Of a DNA stretch of 47,921 nucleotides, positions 25,267-33,950 are shown piece after piece (the first letter of the stretch is position 1; every line of letters starts with the position of its first letter). The translations under genes were made by a program, and so were the position numbers. The DNA is from a virus (lineage: Duplodnaviria > Caudoviricetes): positions 1-47,921 of IMG/VR virus record IMGVR_UViG_3300016675_000127. One strand, written 5' to 3'. The notes beneath the pieces are model-generated. The model searched no databases and was not told the origin of the DNA. It saw only the letters and a program-made list of their open reading frames with translations.

Positions 25267-25377
25267 AATTAAACATACACACAGTGGAGAACAAAGTATT
25301 CTTTATGAATCGCACGAGGACGAATCTTTGAGTCCATTAGCTTATGCAATAGAGCGTCACTGTGTTTATGTTTAATT
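25267..25377 (+). ncRNA. Candidate multibranch ncRNA
   Basis: 19/20-bp closing stem enclosing three short hairpins. Confidence 0.55.
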
Positions 25378-25431
25378 ATATATAGCAGTAGCTATGAGTC
25401 GATACAATGATAATTTTTTAAATATAAAACA

Positions 25432-25668
25432 ATGGCTTGGAATCATAGAATTTTAGCACACGAAGAAAGTAGTGGAGAAGTATATTTTCAATTGCATGAA
25501 GTTTATTATAAAAAAGATAAGCCTATTGTACATACAGTTGATCCAATAACAGTGGGAGGTGAAAATTTAGAATCAATAAAATTCATCTTGAATAAAATGC
25601 AAGAAGCAATTGAAAAACCTATTTTATATGCTGGTGAAAAATTTCCAAATGAATATTTAGATATATAG
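25432..25668 (+). CDS. Conserved phage hypothetical protein
   Basis: WNHRI...LHEVYY pattern. Confidence 0.75.
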   Translation: MAWNHRILAHEESSGEVYFQLHEVYYKKDKPIVHTVDPITVGGENLESIKFILNKMQEAIEKPILYAGEKFPNEYLDI

Positions 25669-25680
25669 ATTAAAAAAACT

Positions 25681-25792
25681 TATATTTGTTATGTAATCTT
25701 CATCTCACAATAAAAGATTAAAGAATTTTTAGGGCGATTAGACTGACGCATAGGTGAGATGGTGCGAAAGTTTGATTGCCCTTTAACTTTTT
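25681..25792 (+). promoter_or_regulatory. TATATTTG promoter with kissing-loop leader RNA K2
   Basis: Loop CATCTCAC (25701-25708) is complementary to loop GTGAGATG (25754-25761); long second hairpin at 25731-25782. Confidence 0.7.
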
Positions 25793-25804
25793 ATAAATAT
25801 CATC

Positions 25805-26455
25805 ATGGAACAGTTAATTAAAGTACAAGCAAATGAAAACGGTCAGCAGGTAGTATCTGCAAAAGAATTGTATGTTTATTTAGGCTACGATAAAAGCCAT
25901 TGGGCTTCTTGGAGTAAAAAAAATATTGAAAACAATGAGTTTGCTATTGAGAATACTGATTATCAGACCTTCGCACTTATGGCGAACGGTAACGAAACCA
26001 AAGATTTTGTAATAACAGTTGATTTTGCAAAAAGATTAGCAATGATGGCTCGTACAGACAAAGGAGAAGAAGCAAGACTTTACTTTATTGAGTGCGAAAA
26101 ACAACTAAGTCTAAAAACTCCACAAACGTATCTGGAAGCATTAAAGGCATTAGTAGCAACCGAAGAAGAAAAACAGCTACTTTTAGAATCAAACAAGCAG
26201 TTAGAAACAAAAGTAGATAATCTAAGTACTGCCTTTATGAATGAAAGTAACTGGCTGTCTATTTTAAAAGTTTCCATGCACAACAAAGTAAGCGAGAAAG
26301 TATTTGATTGGAGAAAGCTAAAGCAAGCAAGCGACAAAATGGGTTATGAAGTAAAAAAGATGCAATCCAGACGCTTTAAATATCAGAATTTATATCACAT
26401 AGACACTTTCAGAGTATGCTATCCGCAGTATAACTACAACTTTGAAAATAATTAA
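25805..26455 (+). CDS. AntA/AntB-type antirepressor
   Basis: VSAKELYVYL...DFAKRLAMM...GEEARLYFIECEK and PQTYLEALKAL. Confidence 0.88.
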   Translation: MEQLIKVQANENGQQVVSAKELYVYLGYDKSHWASWSKKNIENNEFAIENTDYQTFALMANGNETKDFVITVDFAKRLAMMARTDKGEEARLYFIECEKQLSLKTPQTYLEALKALVATEEEKQLLLESNKQLETKVDNLSTAFMNESNWLSILKVSMHNKVSEKVFDWRKLKQASDKMGYEVKKMQSRRFKYQNLYHIDTFRVCYPQYNYNFENN

Positions 26456-26494
26456 AATTTTTCTTTTTTATCAATACCAATACTATTAATTTTG
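26443..26494 (+). promoter_or_regulatory. Bipartite promoter, copy 2
   Basis: Blocks identical to 25036-25087. Confidence 0.78.
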
Positions 26495-26499
26495 TTTTG

Positions 26500-26570
26500 T
26501 AATTTTTTTCATAGTTGTAATTAGTTTAGGGTGATGGATAAAGGTGTCGGATTCGATGCCTTTTATTTTT
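26500..26570 (+). ncRNA. Candidate ~70-nt antisense sRNA
   Basis: Promoter, then TTTTTCATAGTTGTAATTAGTTTAG, then terminator AAAGGTGTCG-GATT-CGATGCCTTT; no ORF. Confidence 0.62.
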
Positions 26571-26610
26571 CAAAAATGAAAATAGAACTAAATTTTAAAA
26601 ATATATTATT

Positions 26611-26832
26611 ATGCAAGAACTAAGACTTAAAATTTTTCAACAAAACTTAATAGGAAAGCAAGTAAATGTATTACAACATAATTACGTTGAATGCACAGGT
26701 GAATTACTCGAATTAAGCATCTCCAGCGATTTACAATACATAACAGTAAGGCAAGACTGCAAACACGGCAGGAAGATAACTAAAGATGCAAGAATCTATT
26801 TAAAAAATGTCAAATCAATTGATAAGGTTTAA
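26611..26832 (+). CDS. Hypothetical protein
   Basis: 73 aa ORF. Confidence 0.6.
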   Translation: MQELRLKIFQQNLIGKQVNVLQHNYVECTGELLELSISSDLQYITVRQDCKHGRKITKDARIYLKNVKSIDKV

Positions 26833-26872
26833 GCTACATAAAATATTTTTTCAAAAATAATATTTTTATAAA

Positions 26873-27508
26873 ATGATACGCAAATGGACTGAAAACGAAA
26901 AAGAATTTTTAAGAAAGAATTACAAGGATATGCCTATTCAAACTATTGCTAAAAAACTAGATAGATCATTTAGTGCAATAAATACTTATGCTTGTAAACT
27001 TAGATTAAAACGTAGTGAAGCTTATATACTAAAACAAAAAGCAGAACTAATTAGAAATAGTAGAAAGCATCAATTTAAAAAAGGTAACATACCTCATAAT
27101 TTAGGAGTGCAAATGCCTTTAGAGATTAAAGAAAAAATTAAACATACTTTTTTCCATAAAGGGCATACTCCGCATAATAGCAAACCAATTGGAACGGAAA
27201 GAATTGATTCAGAAGACTATGTAGTAATAAAAGTTGCAGAACCTAACGTCTGGAAATCAAAGCATATAGTTGAATATGAAAAAGTACATGGAAAAGTAAA
27301 AAAAGGATTTAAAGTAATATTTGCAGATGGTAATAAACGCAACTTTGATATAGATAATTTGCTATGTATTTCGGGAGCTGATTTGCTCAAAAGAAATAAT
27401 CCACGTTGCTATCCAGACGAATTACAAGAATTAAGATTAATGTTAAAAAAACTAAATAATAAAATAAACAGACTTACAAGATATGAAAAACAGTATCGAA
27501 GACCTTAG
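26873..27508 (+). CDS. HNH-type endonuclease-like protein with an N-terminal HTH
   Basis: WTENEKEFL, FKKGNIPHN repeats and KH...VIFADGNKRN..IDNL. Confidence 0.8.
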   Translation: MIRKWTENEKEFLRKNYKDMPIQTIAKKLDRSFSAINTYACKLRLKRSEAYILKQKAELIRNSRKHQFKKGNIPHNLGVQMPLEIKEKIKHTFFHKGHTPHNSKPIGTERIDSEDYVVIKVAEPNVWKSKHIVEYEKVHGKVKKGFKVIFADGNKRNFDIDNLLCISGADLLKRNNPRCYPDELQELRLMLKKLNNKINRLTRYEKQYRRP

Positions 27509-27707
27509 AAATAATCTTTTTGTAGCACTAGAACACGCAATCGATGATGAATCTAAAATGCCAGTGCAAAAATTAATTGCAACGGCACAATTGGGAAAAG
27601 TAATATTAGATTCTGCTAAATTAGAGCTTCAATTTCTTAAACATAAAAAAGCAATCTCCAAAGAAATGAGTAGTTTTATGAAAGATGATGATAGATTATT
27701 AGAATAA
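27483..27707 (+). CDS. Hypothetical protein
   Basis: MKNSIEDLRNNLF...ILDSAKLE. Confidence 0.72.
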   Translation: MKNSIEDLRNNLFVALEHAIDDESKMPVQKLIATAQLGKVILDSAKLELQFLKHKKAISKEMSSFMKDDDRLLE

Positions 27708-27776
27708 ATGAAATTTATTAATAAATAGAATTTATTGATAAATAAAATTAAAATTTCATAAGTTGTAATATGCCAG

Positions 27777-27813
27777 ACTATCTATGCCATATTGAGTGTA
27801 GATAGTTTTTTTT
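27777..27813 (+). terminator. Intrinsic terminator
   Basis: ACTATCTATGC/GTGTAGATAGT with a T-run. Confidence 0.75.
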
Positions 27814-27892
27814 ATTACTTCAAGATAATTTTATCCTAAAGTTAATATTTTATAAAAATACTCTTATTTTATTTACTTGCAAGTATTGTATT

Positions 27893-27910
27893 TTACTAAA
27901 TTATTAGTAA
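27893..27910. promoter_or_regulatory. Operator-like palindrome TTACTAA-ATTA-TTAGTAA
   Basis: Perfect arms, abutting an AACATTTG promoter-like box upstream of 27959. Confidence 0.6.
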
Positions 27911-27958
27911 CATTTGTAATGTCAATAAGGCACAAAATAAACTAAACAATTATCAATT

Positions 27959-28354
27959 ATGAAAAATATTAGCAACAAAAATTGGAATTTTAAAATGTAT
28001 GGAAATGGAGATGTTTATCTTGATGGAAAAAAAGAAAATATCTACAAATTAGGTTTTTCTACAAGAAATGAATTTTATCTTCAATTTACTGAAGCAGCTG
28101 AAAGGCAAAACATTATAAAGTTAGCATATCAGTTTGCAGTATTATTAACAGATAAATTAACAGTTAATAAATTCTTTAATGATAAAAGAGCTTTAATTGA
28201 GTCTTTCATTAAAGAAAATAATGAATTTGGTTTAATATGTATTTTAGATAAATTTTATATAAATATAGATTTCCAAGACCCAATTACAGGTGCTTTTGGA
28301 GATTGTTATTTTATAGAGCAAGAAAAAGATATTGAAAAATTGTTATATAATTAA
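27959..28354 (+). CDS. Hypothetical protein in a stand-alone (moron-like) unit
   Basis: Has its own promoter/operator and a downstream terminator. Confidence 0.7.
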   Translation: MKNISNKNWNFKMYGNGDVYLDGKKENIYKLGFSTRNEFYLQFTEAAERQNIIKLAYQFAVLLTDKLTVNKFFNDKRALIESFIKENNEFGLICILDKFYINIDFQDPITGAFGDCYFIEQEKDIEKLLYN

Positions 28355-28421
28355 AATTATTAATCAATCAATCCTTTCGGTGGTGGTAACCGAATATAAA
28401 CTCTTAAAATAAAACTTAATT

Positions 28422-28448
28422 AGCTCAAGATAAACTTGAGCTTTTTTT
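28422..28448 (+). terminator. Intrinsic terminator
   Basis: AGCTCAAG-ATAAA-CTTGAGCT with a T-run. Confidence 0.78.
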
Positions 28449-28509
28449 ATTTTATATTGTAATAGAGTTTTTGTATTTTTGTAAAAATTGTACAAATTGA
28501 AATATAATC

Positions 28510-29715
28510 ATGATTAAAATAAATCAATTAAAAAGCAATTCAAATAATCCACGAGTAATTAAAGATGATAAATTTAAAAAACTCGTTAAATCAATTTCTG
28601 AATTTCCAGAGATGATGGAAAAACGACCTATCGTAGTTGTGACAGACGTAGATGGTAAAATGTATCCATTAGGTGGTAATATGAGATTAAAAGCTATTAT
28701 AGAACTTGCATATAAAGAAATTCCAGACAATTGGATTATAAAAGCTGATGAATGGACACACGAACAAAGAAAAGAATTTGTTATAAAAGACAATGTAGGA
28801 TTTGGAGAGTGGGATTGGGATATGTTAGCAAATGAATGGGAAATTGAGCAACTTAATGATTGGGGTTTAGATGTACCTAATTTTGAAACAAACGAAGTTT
28901 TAGAAGCCGAAGAGGATGACTTTGATACAACACCAACAGGAGAGCCGATTACAGTTTTAGGAGACCTTTACGAAATTGGAGAGCATAGATTACTTTGTGC
29001 GGATAGTACACAAACAGATACATTTGAAAAACTAATGCAAGGCGAGTTGGCAGATATGGTTGTAACAGACCATCCATATAATGTTAATTATGAAGGTAAA
29101 ACTAAAGATGCTTTAACTATCGAAAATGACAGTATGGGGAATGAAGATTTTTATAAGTTCCTTTATGATTTTTATGTTGCTTTGTCTACAGGGTGTAAAA
29201 AAGGTGCTGCTCTATATGTATGGCACGCATCAAGTGAAATTATTAATTTCGCAAAAGCAATGGTCGATGCTGGATGGTTATTAAAACAACAGTTGATTTG
29301 GGTTAAAAACACAATGGTAATGGGTCGACAAGATTACCAATGGAAACACGAGCCTTGTCTTTATGGATGGCTTGCAGGAGATAGCCATAAATGGTATTCA
29401 GATAGAAAACAAACTACAGTGATTGAATGGGATAAGCCAGTGAGAAACGGAGAGCACCCAACAATGAAACCAATAGGCTTGTTCGCTTATCAAATAAAAA
29501 ATAGCTCAAATGTTGGGGATTTGGTAATAGATGCTTTTGGTGGAAGTGGAACTACAATGGTAGCCTGTGAGCAATTGAAGCGTAAAGCAAGAATAATTGA
29601 ATACGACCCTAAATACTGCGATGTGATTATAAAAAGAATGTTAAAACTTGACGATAGTTTGAAAGTAAAAAGAAACGGAATCGATTGTACTAATGAATTT
29701 AAAAAAGAAATATGA
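28510..29715 (+). CDS. ParB-like N-terminal domain fused to a beta-class N6A/N4C DNA methyltransferase
   Basis: NPRVI...GGNMR, TDHPYN (motif IV variant), HPTMKP and DAFGGSGTT. Confidence 0.9.
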   Translation: MIKINQLKSNSNNPRVIKDDKFKKLVKSISEFPEMMEKRPIVVVTDVDGKMYPLGGNMRLKAIIELAYKEIPDNWIIKADEWTHEQRKEFVIKDNVGFGEWDWDMLANEWEIEQLNDWGLDVPNFETNEVLEAEEDDFDTTPTGEPITVLGDLYEIGEHRLLCADSTQTDTFEKLMQGELADMVVTDHPYNVNYEGKTKDALTIENDSMGNEDFYKFLYDFYVALSTGCKKGAALYVWHASSEIINFAKAMVDAGWLLKQQLIWVKNTMVMGRQDYQWKHEPCLYGWLAGDSHKWYSDRKQTTVIEWDKPVRNGEHPTMKPIGLFAYQIKNSSNVGDLVIDAFGGSGTTMVACEQLKRKARIIEYDPKYCDVIIKRMLKLDDSLKVKRNGIDCTNEFKKEI

Positions 29716-30071
29716 CAACAAATTCAGACATATTAAAAAATGCAATGATAGAAGCGTTGGAAAAGTCGCTTGGAGTTGTTACTGTTGCTTGCAAATCCGT
29801 TGGAATAGCTCGTTCAACTCATTATGAATGGTATTCTAAAGATGAAAATTATAAAAAACAAGTAGATTCTATTTCTGATATTGCTTTAGATTTTGCAGAA
29901 TCTCAATTGCATAAAAACATACAAAACGGAGATACTACAAGTGTAATTTTTTATCTTAAAACAAAAGGAAAAAAGCGTGGTTACATTGAGCGTTCAGAAT
30001 TAGAACTTGACATGATAAATCTTAATTGGAACGAAGAAAAAACTTATAATACAAATGAAGCTATCGATTAA
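29712..30071 (+). CDS. terS: Terminase small subunit (HTH)
   Basis: ACKSVGIARSTHYEW and IFYLKTKGKKRGY; directly upstream of terL. Confidence 0.8.
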   Translation: MTTNSDILKNAMIEALEKSLGVVTVACKSVGIARSTHYEWYSKDENYKKQVDSISDIALDFAESQLHKNIQNGDTTSVIFYLKTKGKKRGYIERSELELDMINLNWNEEKTYNTNEAID

Positions 30072-31365
30072 ACAAACATTGACATTGGATTATTTAGAAA
30101 ATAATAGTGTTAATGAAATTTTATTCGGTGGAGGTGCAGGCGGTGGAAAAAGTATTCTTGGTTGCTATTGGCAAATAAAAACAAGGTTAAAATACGCAGG
30201 TACACGTGGATTGATAGGTAGGGCATCCTTAAAGACTTTAAAGGAAACTACCTTACAATCCTTTTTTTTTGTTGCTCAAATGCAAGGATTAAAAGCTAAT
30301 GTACATTTTAAGTTTAATCAGCAGTCGAATGTAATTACTTTTTTTAATGGTTCTCAAATACTTTTAAAAGATTTGTTTCTATACCCGAGCGACCCAAACT
30401 TTGACGACCTTGGCTCACTTGAAATAACTGATGCTTTTATAGATGAAGCAAACCAAATAGTTGATAAGGCAAAAAGTATTTTAAAGTCACGTATCAGGTA
30501 TAAATTAGATGAAAACAATTTAATACCGAAAATACTTTATACTTGCAATCCTGCCAAAAATTGGACGTATCAAGAATTTTATTTACCTAGCAAAAAAGGT
30601 GAATTACAAGAAAATAAAAAGTTTGTACAAAGTCTTGTCACTGATAATCCTAACATTTCTAAGCATTATATTGAAAATTTAAAGCTATTGCCAAAGGAGC
30701 AACGAGAACGTTTATTGTATGGTAATTGGGAATACGACGACGATCCCTCATCACTTATTAGCTACGAAAATATATTAAATTGCTTTACAAATACATTTGT
30801 ACAGCAAGGAACTAGTTATATTACGGCAGATATTGCACGTTTTGGACGAGATAAAACAGTTATTGGTATTTGGTCAGGTTGGAGACTTGAACAAGTGCAA
30901 ACGATTGAAAAAAGTTCTTTAGATGTAGTAGTTCAGAAAATAAATGATTTGAGGAATTTATTTAATATACCTTTATCAAATATTATTGTCGATGAGGATG
31001 GAGTGGGCGGAGGTGTCAAAGACTTTTTAAATTGTAAAGGTTTTATCAATAATTCATCACCAATTAAGTTGAATAATTCTGATGCAAATTTTAACAATAT
31101 CAAATCTCAATGCTATTTTGGATTAGCTGAAAAAATAAATAAAAACGAAGTATTTTTTAATACAACTGGCATACATAAAGAAGCTATTATTGAAGAATTA
31201 CAGTACGTTAAACAAGACAAAATGGATTCTGATAATAAAAAGCAAGTGTTAAGAAAAGAAAAGGTCAAAGAATTATTAAATCGTTCTCCAGATTATTCTG
31301 ATATGATAATGATGAGATATTTTTTTGAATTAAATAATAAACCAATCGAGTGGAAAATATACTAA
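30055..31365 (+). CDS. terL: Terminase large subunit
   Basis: Walker A GGAGGGKS, Walker B FIDEA, TCNP, nuclease DIARFGRD...SPDYSD. Confidence 0.95.
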   Translation: MKLSIKQTLTLDYLENNSVNEILFGGGAGGGKSILGCYWQIKTRLKYAGTRGLIGRASLKTLKETTLQSFFFVAQMQGLKANVHFKFNQQSNVITFFNGSQILLKDLFLYPSDPNFDDLGSLEITDAFIDEANQIVDKAKSILKSRIRYKLDENNLIPKILYTCNPAKNWTYQEFYLPSKKGELQENKKFVQSLVTDNPNISKHYIENLKLLPKEQRERLLYGNWEYDDDPSSLISYENILNCFTNTFVQQGTSYITADIARFGRDKTVIGIWSGWRLEQVQTIEKSSLDVVVQKINDLRNLFNIPLSNIIVDEDGVGGGVKDFLNCKGFINNSSPIKLNNSDANFNNIKSQCYFGLAEKINKNEVFFNTTGIHKEAIIEELQYVKQDKMDSDNKKQVLRKEKVKELLNRSPDYSDMIMMRYFFELNNKPIEWKIY

Positions 31366-31386
31366 TATAAAATTTAATTAAAATTT

Positions 31387-32784
31387 ATGAATATACTTGA
31401 ATTTTTAGGATTGAAAAAAAAGCAGTTAGTTTTGCCAGATTATGACAAGCTACCTGCACAACTTATATTTAGACAATTTGGAGCTTCTCCAGTTTTATAT
31501 TACGCTGAAAATTCAGATAACTATCTTAAAAAAGGATTTGAGGGTAATCACGTAGTATTTACTATTGCTGACTATTGTGGTAGAAAATTAACTACTATTC
31601 CGCCAATTTTATATAAAGTAAAAGATAAATCAGCTCAAAAAGATTATAACTATTTACGTAAAGAAGGCAGTTATCACAATTACCGTGAATCTTTAAGAAT
31701 AAAAGCAAAAGCATTTGATGAAGTTATAAGTCATCCAATCTTAGATATATTAGCAAAACCAAACCCGACAATGAATTGGGATGAATTTATTTATGGATAT
31801 TTTGTTTATAAAAAATTTGTCGGTCGTTCTGTAATTCAAGGAGTATCTACCGATACAGGAATAAACAAAGGCAAACCACAGGAGCTTTGGCTATTGCCTG
31901 CAAACTATATTCAAGCGGTATCGGGAAGTAATTTAAACATCATAGACCATTACCAAGATTCACGTAACCCAGAATTTAAAATTCCGACGGACCAAGTTTT
32001 AATGATTAGAAATTTTAGTTCTGATTATAGCGTGCCGGGTGGTCATCTGTCTGGTATGTCTGTACTTAAGTCTGCATCAAAACTTTTAACAAAAAGTAAT
32101 AGTGCAATGGATGCAGAAACAGAAAGCTTACAAAATAGAGGTGCAAGGACATTAGTTTATCCTCAAATACCTAAAGAAATGCTTGGCGGAGGAATAACAA
32201 TGCCAGACGGACAAACGATTGATGCTATGAATATGGCATTAAATAAACGCCTAAAAGAAGCAGGAAATCAAGGAGTAGTTTTAAACTCATTACCTTTAGG
32301 GATTGCTCAAATAGGATTGTCGCCAGTTGATTTGCAAATATTAGAAACAAATCGTTTTGACATTCAAATGTGGTGTAGCTTATTTCACGTTGATTCAAGA
32401 GTTATCTTCAATGACCATACAAGCTCAACTTTGGACAATATGAAAACAGCTCGTTTGAATACTATTACAGATGGAATATTCCCAGATGTCGAAGCATTGA
32501 AAAACGGATTGAATGAGTTTTTAGTTAAGAAATGGGATGATACACTTGTACTTGATTTTGATTATACTATATTACCAGAAATTCAAGATAATCTTAGACA
32601 AGTAGCTAAAGACATGAAAGATGCTGAGGTATTTACTGTAAATGAGATTAGGGAAATGTGGAAATATGGAAATTATGAGGGAGAGAATGCAGATAAAATA
32701 CTAGTTGGTAGTGGTAAACAAATTTTAGATGATTTATCGTCAAGTTTGCCAAATGTTGCTGATACAAATGTAGCAGGTTATTGA
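31387..32784 (+). CDS. Portal protein (HK97-like)
   Basis: PNP.M motif, GLSPVDLQILE and TVNEIRE; synteny. Confidence 0.9.
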   Translation: MNILEFLGLKKKQLVLPDYDKLPAQLIFRQFGASPVLYYAENSDNYLKKGFEGNHVVFTIADYCGRKLTTIPPILYKVKDKSAQKDYNYLRKEGSYHNYRESLRIKAKAFDEVISHPILDILAKPNPTMNWDEFIYGYFVYKKFVGRSVIQGVSTDTGINKGKPQELWLLPANYIQAVSGSNLNIIDHYQDSRNPEFKIPTDQVLMIRNFSSDYSVPGGHLSGMSVLKSASKLLTKSNSAMDAETESLQNRGARTLVYPQIPKEMLGGGITMPDGQTIDAMNMALNKRLKEAGNQGVVLNSLPLGIAQIGLSPVDLQILETNRFDIQMWCSLFHVDSRVIFNDHTSSTLDNMKTARLNTITDGIFPDVEALKNGLNEFLVKKWDDTLVLDFDYTILPEIQDNLRQVAKDMKDAEVFTVNEIREMWKYGNYEGENADKILVGSGKQILDDLSSSLPNVADTNVAGY

Positions 32785-32846
32785 TTTACAATATTGTACT
32801 ACAATATTATTTACAATTGTAATACAATTATAATTTAATTAAGTAA

Positions 32847-33734
32847 ATGACAAGAAAAGAAAAGATTGAATATTGGAAACGATATAGCAAGATTAATAAT
32901 AAATTAGAACGTTTTGCCTACAAAAGCATTTTAAACGTATTTAAAAAGCAAGGAATTGAATTTACAAATGTAGCTAATGAATTTAGTTTTGAATACGCTT
33001 TGAATCGTTTAAATGACATTATTAAACAATCTGATTTTCAATCTTTCTTTGATGACTATTATTTTAAAGCTGGGCAAATGCTTTTAAAATTCTATAATGA
33101 TGAATTGAAAAAGCAAGTTCAGCAGATGCAAAGTAAAAATATACAACCTATCAATATTGGATTCAGAGATAAGCAAAAGATTGAAGAGCTAGGTAGAATT
33201 TCACAAAGAGATGATGTTGGTCATAAAATTACAAGTATTACAGATTATACTCGTACATTAATTAGAAATGCAATCACTCAATCTATAAATGACAACTTGC
33301 CAAAGCGTGATATGGCAAAGAAAATATTTGATATTACACAAGGTCAAATAGGAAAAAAACGAGGTTTATTAATTGCACGTACTGAAACAACTTTTATAAG
33401 TTCAGTTTCTGCAGAAATAAATATCCAAGGGAACGGATTTAAAATGAATAAGATTTGGATAGCGACAGCAGATGCAAGAACTAGAGAAGCTCATTTGGCA
33501 ATGTTAAATTCAGAAGCTATTGGACAAGACGAATTATTTACAGTCGGAGGAGTTAAAATGAAATATCCTGGAGATTGGGCAGGCGGTGCAGAAAATTGTT
33601 GCAATTGTAGATGTGCAATAGCTTATATACCTGCACCATTAGAAGAACAAAATATACCACAATCAAACAATACAGAAAGTGGAAATGCTTTAAGCAATGC
33701 AGTTTTAAGTTCTTTAATAGCACAGTTATTTTAA
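32847..33734 (+). CDS. Head morphogenesis protein (SPP1 gp7/Mu F-like)
   Basis: IARTET, KIW...DARTREAH and YPGD...NCRC. Confidence 0.88.
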   Translation: MTRKEKIEYWKRYSKINNKLERFAYKSILNVFKKQGIEFTNVANEFSFEYALNRLNDIIKQSDFQSFFDDYYFKAGQMLLKFYNDELKKQVQQMQSKNIQPINIGFRDKQKIEELGRISQRDDVGHKITSITDYTRTLIRNAITQSINDNLPKRDMAKKIFDITQGQIGKKRGLLIARTETTFISSVSAEINIQGNGFKMNKIWIATADARTREAHLAMLNSEAIGQDELFTVGGVKMKYPGDWAGGAENCCNCRCAIAYIPAPLEEQNIPQSNNTESGNALSNAVLSSLIAQLF

Positions 33735-33773
33735 TCTAAATTAGATTTTAATCTAAATTAGATTTTAATCTAA
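33729..33773. repeat. Tandem 17-bp palindromic repeat (2.6 copies)
   Basis: TTTTAATCTAAATTAGA x2 plus TTTTAATCTAA, spanning two convergent stop codons. Confidence 0.9.
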
Positions 33774-33950
33774 TCCATAGAAGTTTTTAAGCTGTTTATA
33801 AGTAATAAAATCAGCTCCACGTTTACCATCTACTGAAGTACGCTTGTTTAATGCAATGCGTACTTTTTTCATTTTTGCCAAAGCTGCATTCCTTCCGCAA
33901 TTAAATATCTTCATAACGTCTTTTACACATACTACTTGCCAATCTTCCAT
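33765..33950 (-). CDS. Small HTH-like DNA-binding protein, antisense within the head module
   Basis: VKDVMKIFNCGRNAALAKMKKVR; own minus-strand TAACTTTG at 33985-33992. Confidence 0.68.
   Translation of the reverse strand: MEDWQVVCVKDVMKIFNCGRNAALAKMKKVRIALNKRTSVDGKRGADFITYKQLKNFYGLD

Noticed and set aside
25316-25335. GAGGACGAA...TGAGTCC looks like hammerhead stem II
   Set aside because: There is no CUGANGA core and no room for stems I and III.
25743-25770. CTGA...GAAA as a hammerhead core
   Set aside because: It reads CTGACGC rather than CUGANGA and is better explained as an internal loop of leader K2.
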